Origin: Candidatus Bathyarchaeia archaeon
GTDB lineage: Archaea; Thermoproteota; Bathyarchaeia; Bathyarchaeales; DTEX01
Reading direction: 5' to 3'
DNA length: 64,000 nucleotides
Assembly: GCA_038859955.1 (NCBI GenBank)
Contig: JAWCEH010000002.1
Location: forward strand, 3,306 to 67,305
Numbering within the stretch: the first letter of the stretch is position 1; each line of letters opens with the position of its first letter. The notes beneath the pieces are model-generated. The model searched no databases and had not been told where the DNA came from. It saw only the letters and a list, made by a program, of their open reading frames with translations. The translations under genes and the position numbers were made by a program. This document shows positions 27,400 to 37,682 of this stretch, piece after piece.

Positions 27400-27488
27400 T
27401 AACTAGGTGCTTGATTGGCACCGCATTGTATTAGAAAAGTTAATTAGAAAAGTTAAGTTAAAATATTACGCATCAACACAAATAATTC

Positions 27489-28088
27489 ATGTTAGAATAC
27501 CTATTAGATATGCTTCCAGCCATAATTAAAAGCGTAATCTCGCTGTTTATAATCGTTGATCCACTTGGAAACATACCAATTTTTATAGGCTTAACGGAAG
27601 GAATGAAACAGGAAGACAAGCAAAGAATATTTAACACTGCAACGATAACGGGCTTTGTTCTCCTTCTTCTATTCGCTATAGCCGGAAGTGGAATATTTAA
27701 CATATTCGGGATAAATCTGCAAAGCTTTATGATCGCAGGAGGAATATTACTGCTCATAATTGCCACTAGAATCTTAGTGATGGGAGGATGGGAGGAACGA
27801 CATTTAACACCTGAGAGCGTTGGCGTAGTCCCAATAGCCGTTCCGCTTCTAGTTGGGCCAGGAGCAATAACAACAACAATTCTCAATCTTCAAGAGTTTG
27901 GAATAATGGTGGCAACGATGTCAGTGGTAATAGTGTTTGTTATGGTGTGGATAATTCTTCGTCAAATTGAACCAATTTACAAAATTCTTGGGAAGAATGG
28001 TTCCATAGTTATTGCTAGAGTAATGGCCTTATTAATAGCTGCAATAGCAGTGCAATACATCATGAATGGTCTTCAATTATGGATTTAA
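27489..28088 (+). CDS. MarC family (UPF0056) integral membrane protein
   Basis: 199 aa with about 6 TM helices. FIIVDPLGNIPIF near the N-terminus and VGPGAITT are typical MarC motifs. Confidence 0.8.
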   Translation: MLEYLLDMLPAIIKSVISLFIIVDPLGNIPIFIGLTEGMKQEDKQRIFNTATITGFVLLLLFAIAGSGIFNIFGINLQSFMIAGGILLLIIATRILVMGGWEERHLTPESVGVVPIAVPLLVGPGAITTTILNLQEFGIMVATMSVVIVFVMVWIILRQIEPIYKILGKNGSIVIARVMALLIAAIAVQYIMNGLQLWI

Positions 28089-28165
28089 GTTTGGATAACA
28101 TTTTTAAATCCTATTGGGAAATAATTCTTGCAAAATTCCCTAGAGATTTCGGGAGAGAATAAATA

Positions 28166-31100
28166 TTGAGAAGATTAAAAAATTTTTCAATACTATTTTT
28201 ATCGTTTTTGATGGTTTTTTCGCTGTGTGAGACATTTCTATCTGCCATAAACATCAGTGAAAATAGAGATTTAAAGGTTAGAGTCTATGGTCGCGTGATT
28301 GATTACAATACAAATGAGCCTATACGCTGTGCAAAAATCTGCATACTTAACCAAAGTTTTTGGGTATTAGGAACTGAAGAGATAATTTGGCCAGAGAATT
28401 ACAGAGAAAACCTGTTAACTATAGCTGAGGCCGATTCTTCGGGCACTTTTGAAATACTTATTGAAAGATCTTCTCTATTACGTAATCCAATACTTTTTGC
28501 ATACTGGGACGATGAAGCAACACCTGGAATTGAGTATGTACCATCATATAAACTGTTGAGAGATATTAACTCTTCTGAATACTATCTCGAATTCATCCTC
28601 ACACCTGGGGCCTCAATAAATTTAACTGGAAACCCATTCTTCGATCCAAACGAACTATTTTTTTCATACGAAATATTGGATGAGAAGAATTTAATAAAAA
28701 GCCTTAGCATAGCAACGCGATTCGCAGCTTCGAGAAGTAATATAAGAGAAAGCAGAGTTATTTTTGTTCCTGCAAATTTGGGCGTGAAAATTAAGGTTAG
28801 CTTAATCCCGATCCCTCCCTGGATATATAGAAATATCTATACTTCTTATGCTTATGAAGAATCATTAAGTTTCACAATTCCATCAAACGGCAGCTACTTA
28901 TTTATTAGGCGGGGAGAGCGAGTCACATTAAGCTTAAAGGAGCACAGACTTCTTGTCGAGGCATACGTTATAAAACCTAAACTTTTAGATTACCTTAAAG
29001 TATTAGCAGATAAAATTGGTAAATTATCAATGTATGAGAAATCGAGAATACAATACGCTGAAGGATTACTAGATAGAGCTCGCTTTCTCCTATCCAATGG
29101 GGATCTTATAAATTCTCAAGCGGACTTATATGAAGCCCATTTAATTTTAGGGGACGCTGAAAGGTCGCTCTTGAACATATTTCAGAATTCAGCGGCATCG
29201 ATATATCTTCTCACGCCCTTTATTGGGGTATCCTCCTATTCTCTTGGAGCACTTTTATTTAGGGATAAAAGAAGGAGGAATATTACCGCCATATTTATTT
29301 ATCTTTTTCTAATTCTCGCATTATATTATGCTTTTCCAGGTTACCGTATATCGCAGGAGCCAGCTTATAATCCGCTAGCCGGCACATTATTCGAACCTTT
29401 ACTTCTTCCTGCATTTTTGATTTCATCATTTCTTTTAGGGTTTATCTTAATTAATGCACCCTATACCCGGGGAGAGAAAAGTGATAGAAGAACATTATCT
29501 CTCAGAAGCGCCATAGTTTCGTCTTTCTCTTTAGCGGGCGAGAATCTAAAGAGAAGGAAAACCAGAACTCTCTTAGCGATGACCATAATAGCGATATCCG
29601 TTTTAGCCTTCATAAATTTGACGTCATTCTCATTTGAGGAGGGATTCGTTATTGAGAAAGCACACACCAAAGCTCCCTCAGATGGCATATTTGTTTGTCA
29701 GCAACCAACTAATAATATATATCCGTATGGTTCTCTTGACCTAGAGATTATAGAGTGGCTTAATAAGCATGAAAATACATGTCTAGTGGTTCCTCTCTTA
29801 AAAAATCTTCCACAGGTTAGCTTTTCACCTACACCGATAGGTAGACTCTCAGCGGTAGGAAAGGAAAATGAAGAAGTGAAAAGCTATAATATTTTTGGGG
29901 TTTTAGGTATAAAGCCGAGTTTAGAAAAACACGTCACAGGCTTAGAAAAAATAATTGATAGAGATATGGGTGATTTTTTAGATGATACTGACTTTGATGG
30001 AATATTAATAAGTGATGACGCAGGTAGGGAACTTGGGGTTAACATTAATGATACAATTATATTTTGCGGGAGAAATTTTACTGTGGTTGGTATATTTAGT
30101 AGCGCTAAACTTGAAGAAATAAGTGATTTAAATGGCAAATCAATTCTGCCGCAGAACGTTAAAATTCTAGTTACTGAGGGAGGCCCATCCTATATACCTG
30201 AGTATGTTTCATCAAAAAATGTAGTAATTCTATTAGAGGAAGCGGTCTCTAGTCTTCCGTTAAACGTCGCTGTAACGAGAGTTATTGTCAGAACGTTTAA
30301 TAATGAGCAGATGTTGCCCCTTGCAAGAGCAGTGACGTTAATTTTCCCAAGAGTTGAAACTTTTGTTTCACTTAGTGGTTCACTTACACACTTATATGTC
30401 GGTCATAGGTTAACGGCTTACGGGTTTGCTGAGAGCTTAATGCTTTTAGTTTTAACATCTTTAAACGTTGGGATCATGCTGTTAAATTCCGTTTATGAGC
30501 GAAGGCATGAGATAATGACCCTCTCAACTATAGGTTTGAATCCAACACAGATAACAGCAATATTTTTATGTGAAGCTCTTATAATGGCTTTTATAGCTGG
30601 GAGTTTAGGCTACTTATTTGGATTAGTAAATTATCACATACTTTTCTATTCACATTTTGCTCCGGTAGTTAAATATAAGGCTGAAGCCTCATGGTGCATG
30701 CTCGCACTTCTCTTCTCAATTGCATCCTCCATGATAGGTTCCCTAATACCAGCATTGAAGGCATCTCTCAAAATGACACCATCATTGCTAAGAAGATTTG
30801 TGCTACCTAGTGGAGGGATCGCGGGGGGTGACACTCTGGTTGTAGAGGTGCCGCTAAAGATTGTTGATAGCCATGATTTAGGGGAATTCTTTCTTTTTAT
30901 GGAGAAGAGAATGAGAGATTATAGCGAACCTTCCCATTTTGAAGAGAGGGTTGAAAAAATAAAGATGGAGGGGAATATAAATCAGCCAGAGAGTTTACGC
31001 CTAAAATTCTCCTACAAATATGGATCTAATTACGTGAACACCGAGAATGAGCTCTTTGCAATTATGGATCCATACTCCGGCTACACTGTGAAGTTATCTT

Positions 31101-31222
31101 CAAGAACCCCGTTATCCCTATATTGGGGAAAGGAAAATGTATGGCAGACTGCCTCCTTTGTTAGGCGCTTAGCTCTAGAATACACAGAGAAGGAAAAAAT
31201 AGGACATAATCAGCAAGTTTAG
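28166..31222 (+). CDS. Giant membrane protein: N-terminal exported domain and TM bundle fused to a MacB/FtsX-type permease with an extra C-terminal soluble domain
   Basis: Signal sequence, then a beta-rich region (KVRVYGRVIDYNTNEPI), and TM helices at about aa 340-430. RKTRTLLAMTIIAISVLAFINL is a MacB-like TM1 and is followed by a large loop domain. The FtsX core ERRHEIMTLSTIGLNPTQITAIFLCEALIMAFIAGSLGY comes next, then about 160 aa more. TTG start. Confidence 0.75.
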   Translation: MRRLKNFSILFLSFLMVFSLCETFLSAINISENRDLKVRVYGRVIDYNTNEPIRCAKICILNQSFWVLGTEEIIWPENYRENLLTIAEADSSGTFEILIERSSLLRNPILFAYWDDEATPGIEYVPSYKLLRDINSSEYYLEFILTPGASINLTGNPFFDPNELFFSYEILDEKNLIKSLSIATRFAASRSNIRESRVIFVPANLGVKIKVSLIPIPPWIYRNIYTSYAYEESLSFTIPSNGSYLFIRRGERVTLSLKEHRLLVEAYVIKPKLLDYLKVLADKIGKLSMYEKSRIQYAEGLLDRARFLLSNGDLINSQADLYEAHLILGDAERSLLNIFQNSAASIYLLTPFIGVSSYSLGALLFRDKRRRNITAIFIYLFLILALYYAFPGYRISQEPAYNPLAGTLFEPLLLPAFLISSFLLGFILINAPYTRGEKSDRRTLSLRSAIVSSFSLAGENLKRRKTRTLLAMTIIAISVLAFINLTSFSFEEGFVIEKAHTKAPSDGIFVCQQPTNNIYPYGSLDLEIIEWLNKHENTCLVVPLLKNLPQVSFSPTPIGRLSAVGKENEEVKSYNIFGVLGIKPSLEKHVTGLEKIIDRDMGDFLDDTDFDGILISDDAGRELGVNINDTIIFCGRNFTVVGIFSSAKLEEISDLNGKSILPQNVKILVTEGGPSYIPEYVSSKNVVILLEEAVSSLPLNVAVTRVIVRTFNNEQMLPLARAVTLIFPRVETFVSLSGSLTHLYVGHRLTAYGFAESLMLLVLTSLNVGIMLLNSVYERRHEIMTLSTIGLNPTQITAIFLCEALIMAFIAGSLGYLFGLVNYHILFYSHFAPVVKYKAEASWCMLALLFSIASSMIGSLIPALKASLKMTPSLLRRFVLPSGGIAGGDTLVVEVPLKIVDSHDLGEFFLFMEKRMRDYSEPSHFEERVEKIKMEGNINQPESLRLKFSYKYGSNYVNTENELFAIMDPYSGYTVKLSSRTPLSLYWGKENVWQTASFVRRLALEYTEKEKIGHNQQV

Positions 31223-31249
31223 AAATGGAGAGATAAGATCTCGTATGCT

Positions 31250-31624
31250 TTAGAAGTTAAGATCTTTATTGAGTCTTTTTAGATCAGTCCCTATTTTTCT
31301 AGTCTCTCTGAACACGTCTATAATTGTTGGCTCCTTACTTTTGTTAATAATTATTCCGGTAGTAATTAGCGTACAACCTAAAATATCCGAGAACACTGGT
31401 TCTGGAAAAGCAACGCAAGCTATGCCCGCGGTAATCAATTTTGAACTCCAACTACCATTTTTGATGTTAATTAATCGTTTTAATGGTTTAGTAGTATTGT
31501 TAATATTGCTTGCCACATCAGCTATGTCATTAAATACTCGACCAATGGTCTTAAGATCTCTAGATAAACTTTTAGCTTCCTTGATATCCATTTGAACACC
31601 AAAAAAATGACAGATTTTAAGCAA
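31250..31624 (-). CDS. Small hypothetical membrane protein
   Basis: One or two hydrophobic helices (LITAGIACVAFPEPVFSDILGCTLITTGIII). The start may instead be the MDIKEAK Met at 31591. Confidence 0.5.
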   Translation of the reverse strand: MLKICHFFGVQMDIKEAKSLSRDLKTIGRVFNDIADVASNINNTTKPLKRLINIKNGSWSSKLITAGIACVAFPEPVFSDILGCTLITTGIIINKSKEPTIIDVFRETRKIGTDLKRLNKDLNF

Positions 31625-31680
31625 ATTTAACCCTTATTAATATGCGGAGTTATACTTGTAAAATAATTAGCTAGTTTCTC

Positions 31681-32127
31681 TTATATATCGAGTATAAACT
31701 TTACTATCGCGCCGCAAGGTTCTTCCCTAACTTCCATACGATGGTACGTTACTGCTTTTATTCCAACCTTCTGTTTATGTTTCTCTGGGTTGAATGGTTC
31801 ACCACAGACTTTAGCTCTAAGCCTAAATCCATCATCCATCTTTGATATCTCAGTCACCTTAAATCTTGAATAGAGCATATTTTCAACTTCAAATCTTACA
31901 AGCAATTCCTCAAGCCAATTATAAAGCAGGGAGTGCTTATCTTCACCCTCTACCTCAACGATCTCTTCAAATTTGCATTCAACATCACCTGTGTCAGTCA
32001 TCGTTTCAAACATTGCCAACGCGGCGTTCTCAAAAGCTTCGCTCAAACTTGCACCGTACGCAGCTATATAAACATCCGCCATATGCTCTAAGAACTCAAA
32101 AACCCTTCCTTTTTGTTCCTTGACCAT
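31681..32127 (-). CDS. Archease
   Basis: FEFLEHMADVYIAAYG matches the FExxxHTAD archease N-motif, and the size is about 148 aa. The internal Met (MVKEQKG) is preferred as the start. Confidence 0.85.
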   Translation of the reverse strand: MVKEQKGRVFEFLEHMADVYIAAYGASLSEAFENAALAMFETMTDTGDVECKFEEIVEVEGEDKHSLLYNWLEELLVRFEVENMLYSRFKVTEISKMDDGFRLRAKVCGEPFNPEKHKQKVGIKAVTYHRMEVREEPCGAIVKFILDI

Positions 32128-32218
32128 TAGCCAGCCCTCTAAAACTAACATTATAAAGCATTTTTCTATTAATAGCCTTTATGAATCAGCTTCCTACTAG
32201 ATAGTAAGGAGGAAATCT

Positions 32219-33154
32219 ATGATGGAAGAGTTTGACTTAGTGATAATTGGTGCTGGTCCAGCTGGTTTAACAGCTGGAATGTACACTGCTAGAAGCGGAC
32301 TTAAAACTTTAGTTTTAGATGAAAAACAGGCTGGAGGCACGATCAATATTGTACCTTGGATAGAGAACTACCCTGGTTTTCACGAAGGAATAAGCGGTGA
32401 AGAACTCGCTAAAAGAATAGTTAACCAATGCGTAAAGTTTGGTGCAGAAATACATGAATTCGAAAGCGCCATCGAGTTAAATTTTATTGGAGAAGGCAAA
32501 ATTGTTAAGACTGACAAGGCGGCGTATTCTTCTAAGGCTGTGATAATCGCGTCCGGCTCAAGGCATAAGAAATTAGGGGTTCCAGGTGAAAATGAATTTG
32601 AAGGAAAGGGTGTAAGCTATTGTGCCCTATGTGATGGGGCGTTTTTTAAAGGACTAAGAGTCTTGGTTGTTGGTGGCGGAAATGCTGCAGTTACGTCAGC
32701 CATATATTTACATGGAATTGCTTCAAAGGTTTATTTAGCCCATAGGAGAAGACAGTTGAGGGCTGAGGAAATATACAGCAAAGAACTTGCCAAAAGAGGA
32801 ATTGAGGTTTTATGGAATACTGAGGTAAGAAAAATTGAAGGAGATACTCGAGTTAGAGGCGTAATTCTTTACAACAGCGAAAAAGGGGAGGAGATAAAAA
32901 TGGAAGTTGATGGAATTTTCATATTTGTTGGCGAGACTCCTAACAGCGAATTTGCGAGGGTTTCGGGCATAAAAGTTGACGAGAAAGGTTATATAGTTGT
33001 GGATACGCAGCAGAGAACTAACATTGCAGGAGTTTATGCTGCTGGAGATGTAACGACGTGTTCAGTGAAGCAGATTGGGACGGCTGTGGGCCAAGCAATA
33101 GTTGCAGCTACTGAGGCTTATAAATACATAAAGAAGCCTTACTATTCTCCATAA
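32219..33154 (+). CDS. trxB: Thioredoxin reductase
   Basis: FAD motif GAGPAG, redox-active CALCDG, second Rossmann motif GGGNAA, and GDV near the C-terminus. Confidence 0.9.
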   Translation: MMEEFDLVIIGAGPAGLTAGMYTARSGLKTLVLDEKQAGGTINIVPWIENYPGFHEGISGEELAKRIVNQCVKFGAEIHEFESAIELNFIGEGKIVKTDKAAYSSKAVIIASGSRHKKLGVPGENEFEGKGVSYCALCDGAFFKGLRVLVVGGGNAAVTSAIYLHGIASKVYLAHRRRQLRAEEIYSKELAKRGIEVLWNTEVRKIEGDTRVRGVILYNSEKGEEIKMEVDGIFIFVGETPNSEFARVSGIKVDEKGYIVVDTQQRTNIAGVYAAGDVTTCSVKQIGTAVGQAIVAATEAYKYIKKPYYSP

Positions 33155-33161
33155 GGCGCCT

Positions 33162-34337
33162 TTATAACTTCTTAAGTGGATATCTACCATACTTTCTTCC
33201 AATCTCAAGCATCAGTAAATAATTTTCCAGCCGAATATAATTGGCCGCAGTGTTTCCGCAACCCAGAGCATAGCCCCCTCCTGGGGCGCACGCATATACA
33301 ACATCTCTCACATATTTATTGAAATCTTCTGTTGATGCTCTGGTAAGTTTATCCATGTCAATGCCTCCAAGCACCGCTATTTTATCACCATACAGCTTCT
33401 TGTATTCCGTAATTGGATACGATGTATCTTCATAGGAGTGCTTTGCGTCTATTCCAACGTAATCGATTAGGTCGTTCATAACAAGGTCAAGCTTTCCGCA
33501 GCTATGCAATATGAAGGGTTTTCCATGCTTATGAACATTTTCCACGCATTGTTTTTGCCATGGAAAAACGTATCTCCTTAATAGATTTGGATGTATCATC
33601 GGGCCAGTTTTATACCCCATATCATCACCCATAGACATGGCACCGACAGATTCATCTTCAGCGCATATGTTGCAATAAAAGGATACTACAGGACCTATCT
33701 TACTAAACATATTCTCAATTAAAGACCTATCTGTGTAAAGAGCTTTAAAGAAGTTTACCGCGCCCATAAGCCACATAACGTTCTCTAGGATGCCACCTGG
33801 CGTTAACGGGATTATCTTCATTTCTTGAGGTAAAGTTCTCTTCATAATGCTGAGCAGTAGTGTGCAGGCACATTCTATCTCATCCAGATCTGGCCAGCAA
33901 TACCTCTTAAAATCCTCCCTACTCTCTATAGTGCCTTTATTTTCATTCTGCCATGTTCTTTTGTGGCGAGCTAAGGGTGCGGTATCATTCGCTGATAATA
34001 CGTTCCATCTAGGAAACGGAGAGGGAAGATGGAGAACAACATAATCGTATCCCAACTTCGAGTAAAAGTTTACTTGTACCCTAAAACTATGTTCTAAATA
34101 CTTGATGATCTCAGGGTGATGATCTATTTTAGTGGTAAGCCTCATATGATCAGATGATAAGGTTACCAGCTTATCGCCCCTTGAATCTTCATCTTGAAAT
34201 GCTGATTGTATAGGTAGCCGTTGCCCCGTTATTGCTTCCATAACCTCCGGATCAGCGAACAAATCATAAAATGGCACCCTATCCGGCTCTCCCTCAAGAC
34301 GTAAAATCATATCCAAACGGGTAAAATTGCTATCCAC
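33162..34337 (-). CDS. URO-D superfamily protein, MT2/MtaA-like (Zn-motif HxCG present)
   Basis: 391 aa with ILHSCGK (MT2-type H-x-C-G) and a TIM-barrel-like periodicity. Confidence 0.7.
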   Translation of the reverse strand: MDSNFTRLDMILRLEGEPDRVPFYDLFADPEVMEAITGQRLPIQSAFQDEDSRGDKLVTLSSDHMRLTTKIDHHPEIIKYLEHSFRVQVNFYSKLGYDYVVLHLPSPFPRWNVLSANDTAPLARHKRTWQNENKGTIESREDFKRYCWPDLDEIECACTLLLSIMKRTLPQEMKIIPLTPGGILENVMWLMGAVNFFKALYTDRSLIENMFSKIGPVVSFYCNICAEDESVGAMSMGDDMGYKTGPMIHPNLLRRYVFPWQKQCVENVHKHGKPFILHSCGKLDLVMNDLIDYVGIDAKHSYEDTSYPITEYKKLYGDKIAVLGGIDMDKLTRASTEDFNKYVRDVVYACAPGGGYALGCGNTAANYIRLENYLLMLEIGRKYGRYPLKKL

Positions 34338-34363
34338 TTAACTCCCTCACAACACAGATATTT

Positions 34364-35275
34364 TTAGCGAGTTTGAAGCCGCCTAACAGTATTTCTTAAT
34401 GTCCCAATCTTTTCAATTGTAATCTCTACTACATCCCCTTGCTCCAAGGAGAATTCATCAGGTGGAATTATTCCAGTTCCAGTTAAGCACACGGAACCTG
34501 GGGGCACAGGATTATACATGCAAAGGTAGGACCTAAGTTCTTCAATACCTCGTTTCATCTCAGCCGTATTAGTTGAACCCTCAAAGATAGTTTTTCCGGC
34601 TCTAAGTACTCTACACTCTATCCGCAGCTTTGGCTCTCTGCCAACCTCTTCAACCGTAAGAATAGAGGGGCCCAAAGCACAGCACCTATCAAATATCTTT
34701 GCTTGCGGGAGATAAAGTGGGTTCTCGCCTTCTATATCCCTTGAAGAAACATCGTTCCCCGCAGTAAAACCTATAATTTCTTGATTGAAACCTAGGATAA
34801 AAGCGAGTTCCGCTTCTGGAACATTCCATTTGGAGTCTCCTCTAATGTAGATCTCCTCTCCCGGTCCTACGCAGCGGTGGGCCGTTGCTTTGAAGAAAAT
34901 CTCCGGTCGAACAGCATTATAGACTAAATCGTAAACGCCCTTTACACTAGTCTCATATTCTCTTGCTTCCCGGCTCCTTCTGTATGTAACTCCACAACCC
35001 CAAACTTCTGGGGGAATAATGGGGATCACAAGTCGAAAAACGCCTTCACCTCTCTCAAGTTTCGTGTACGAGTACGAGGGCAAGGTGTTAAATCTATCTT
35101 CAAGAAGACTCTCTAGGAACTTTTCAACAGACTTTCCTGTTTTCTCCGCCTCAGAGACTAAATCTAAGAAAGACTGAATGGGCCTTTCGCAAGCCTCAGT
35201 CAAATCGATAACATCATCATTCACCCAAACGCCAAGACGAACACCATTAGGAGAAACAAAGCGAACAATTCTCAA
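34364..35275 (-). CDS. Fumarylacetoacetate hydrolase (FAH) family protein
   Basis: 303 aa. The N-terminal MRIVRF..GVRLGV module and a C-terminal FAH core (FTAGNDVSSRD, GTGI..PPD). Confidence 0.75.
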   Translation of the reverse strand: MRIVRFVSPNGVRLGVWVNDDVIDLTEACERPIQSFLDLVSEAEKTGKSVEKFLESLLEDRFNTLPSYSYTKLERGEGVFRLVIPIIPPEVWGCGVTYRRSREAREYETSVKGVYDLVYNAVRPEIFFKATAHRCVGPGEEIYIRGDSKWNVPEAELAFILGFNQEIIGFTAGNDVSSRDIEGENPLYLPQAKIFDRCCALGPSILTVEEVGREPKLRIECRVLRAGKTIFEGSTNTAEMKRGIEELRSYLCMYNPVPPGSVCLTGTGIIPPDEFSLEQGDVVEITIEKIGTLRNTVRRLQTR

Positions 35276-35354
35276 GAGTCACAACCTCATGCAAATTTAA
35301 AATATTTACCATAAATTTAAAAGTTATCTAAAGAAGCCAGTAAATACTTATAGT

Positions 35355-36422
35355 TTATCTAACAAATGTTTTCATCCTGGGTTTTAGACCGTATTTTTTA
35401 ACCGCTTTAAAGTATGTTTCAAGATTCATTATGGGTACATTATCTGGGATAGAGCCTGAGACGTTTATGAAGTATCCTGGGCATGAACCTGCCGTTTTGA
35501 GACATCTTTTAACTTCGTTTATGACGTCGTTTGTTGTGCCATATGTCAGCTTGCCTATATCGATGCCTCCTATTATGACCTTATCGTTTCCATGCTTTTC
35601 AGCTATAGAGTTTAGGTTAGAGCACTCCTCAATTATGAAACCGTCCGCTCCAGCTTCGGCGATATCGTCAACTATAAGCGTTATGTCTCCATCCGTGCAG
35701 AATAGGACAATTATTCCTTTCGACTTCAGCTCTCTCCAAATGCGATTATACCATGGAAAGAGGTATCTGCGCATCCAATTTACGGGAAAGAATGGTCCTC
35801 GCGTCGAGCATATATCGTCGTGGCTTATAAAAGCCTTTATATTAGTCTTGGACCATGCTTTGGCTTCAAGTAGCGAAAGCCTGCCGAATCTTTCTAGAAG
35901 TCTCTCAAATCTCTTTGGATTTATGTATGCGGCCTTAACAGTCCAATCTAAACCGAACATTTTAATAAGCCACATTAAGCATGTATGGTACGTTCCTCCA
36001 GGAACAAGTTGACCTCTGTAGATCGACTGGTATTCTTTATGAATTGTTTCAAAATGCTCTACGAGATCTTCTAGAGATGGAATATCCCACATCTCGAATG
36101 GATCAAAATCTAAAATATCATCAATAGATTTGATTTCCATTATCTTCCTCCATGCTGTTGGATATGCCTTAGACCATGAATCTTCCCTCGTCTCGATATT
36201 TACATATCTTCTTGCAATAAAGTCCTCCAAGGGAGTATAAGTTAACCATGTCATGTCCAGATCAAGTTTAGCGAAGACTAGACTCTGCGCCTCCCTTGGA
36301 TGCTCAAAAGGATTTAAACCCGAAACTTTAGCTATAAACTCTGTGTGTTGAAGAAATTCTACTTGAGCTACTCTCTCATCATCCTCAAGGTATAGTGCTG
36401 TTAGAGCCCTTTCATAACCCAT
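35355..36422 (-). CDS. URO-D superfamily protein, second paralogue (HxCG His replaced: LFCTDGD)
   Basis: 355 aa, collinear with 33162..34337 (FPWxxxxxxxxKxxGxxVxLxxCG/TDG, GGID), but without the His of the zinc motif. Confidence 0.65.
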   Translation of the reverse strand: MGYERALTALYLEDDERVAQVEFLQHTEFIAKVSGLNPFEHPREAQSLVFAKLDLDMTWLTYTPLEDFIARRYVNIETREDSWSKAYPTAWRKIMEIKSIDDILDFDPFEMWDIPSLEDLVEHFETIHKEYQSIYRGQLVPGGTYHTCLMWLIKMFGLDWTVKAAYINPKRFERLLERFGRLSLLEAKAWSKTNIKAFISHDDICSTRGPFFPVNWMRRYLFPWYNRIWRELKSKGIIVLFCTDGDITLIVDDIAEAGADGFIIEECSNLNSIAEKHGNDKVIIGGIDIGKLTYGTTNDVINEVKRCLKTAGSCPGYFINVSGSIPDNVPIMNLETYFKAVKKYGLKPRMKTFVR

Positions 36423-36631
36423 AAAGTTAACTCCTCCTTATGCTTAATGATCTTCTTTGAGAAAACGCTACTTGAAAAAGTCATCATATTTATTCCTTCA
36501 ATTAATTTGCCCTCAATTTCAAACTTATAATTAGTTTAAAGGTTTATCAGGAACAAAAATTAACCAATTCAGTATAACGAATTTTTCTTCTTTTAGCGGA
36601 AGAAAAAGATAACAACATGATAACTTCATTC

Positions 36632-37567
36632 TTATACGTCATTTGCACATATTCTGCTCATGAATAGATCCTTGAATTTTCTTACGTCTACATCCACGCA
36701 TACTTTCACGGGTTTCTCATCTGATTTCGTTGACAAAGCTATTGTCTGCCCAGCTGTATACTCACCTTTTGTCTCCACAAGTATCTTTGCATTTACCATT
36801 TTTACTAGACTGCCATCTATTGAAACTGAAAGTGCTAATGGATCATGAAGCCATGTGTAGTCTCTTTTCACGATATCAAGATAATTTTTAACCATGGAAA
36901 CTATGGCGTCTGTCAAAGGAGTTTTAACATCCGAGATTCTGTCAAGATCCTTGCGTTCTATGTAAACCTTGAGGGTTACGTCAAGCGGAACCATTGTAAT
37001 TGGCATTCCTGAACTAAAAACTATTTTTGCAGCCTCAGGGTCACATAAAATGTTATGTTCTCTGTAAGGGAGATTTAAGCCGTTAAATAGCCTAGTCACT
37101 CCGCCCATAATTATAACTTCTTTAACGTTTTCGACTATTCGAGGCTCCTTGATGATGGCGGCGGCTAGGTTTGTTAGCGGACCTATAGAAACTAATGTAA
37201 TTTCGTTTCTCATAGACATAATCTTCGAAATTATCAGGTCTACTGCATGGATCTCGCATGGTTTCAGCATATCATCTTCAGGTGTTAAGAAACCGCCGCC
37301 TTCGTAGCCCGCCCACCCTAAGACTGGTTTATCTCTAATTAACGGTTGCATAATTCCAGCGGCAACCGGAATATTCTCGAGTCCAGCGAGCTTTAGCATT
37401 TTAAGAGCTATTTTAGCTCTTAAATTTACATCGCCGTGTACGGTAGTTACGGCCAATAAATCTAATTCCTTCCTAGATTTTATAGCGAGAGCGAGCGCTA
37501 AAGCATCATCAACATCGGTTCCAATATCCGTATCAAGAATGATCTTCCTCAAGATTGGTCCTCCCAA
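36632..37567 (-). CDS. Inosine/uridine-preferring nucleoside hydrolase
   Basis: The N-terminal ILDTDIGTDVDDALAL is the DxDxxxDD calcium/ribose-binding signature. Confidence 0.88.
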   Translation of the reverse strand: MGGPILRKIILDTDIGTDVDDALALALAIKSRKELDLLAVTTVHGDVNLRAKIALKMLKLAGLENIPVAAGIMQPLIRDKPVLGWAGYEGGGFLTPEDDMLKPCEIHAVDLIISKIMSMRNEITLVSIGPLTNLAAAIIKEPRIVENVKEVIIMGGVTRLFNGLNLPYREHNILCDPEAAKIVFSSGMPITMVPLDVTLKVYIERKDLDRISDVKTPLTDAIVSMVKNYLDIVKRDYTWLHDPLALSVSIDGSLVKMVNAKILVETKGEYTAGQTIALSTKSDEKPVKVCVDVDVRKFKDLFMSRICANDV

Positions 37568-37682
37568 ACTTTGACATCTTATGCTTTTTATTGGAATCTT
37601 AAATCTATTGTCTATATTGGCTTTGCGGTCTCCATAAATGGTTAAATTTTAATTGATGTATAATATTCTTTGAGGGATAAAT

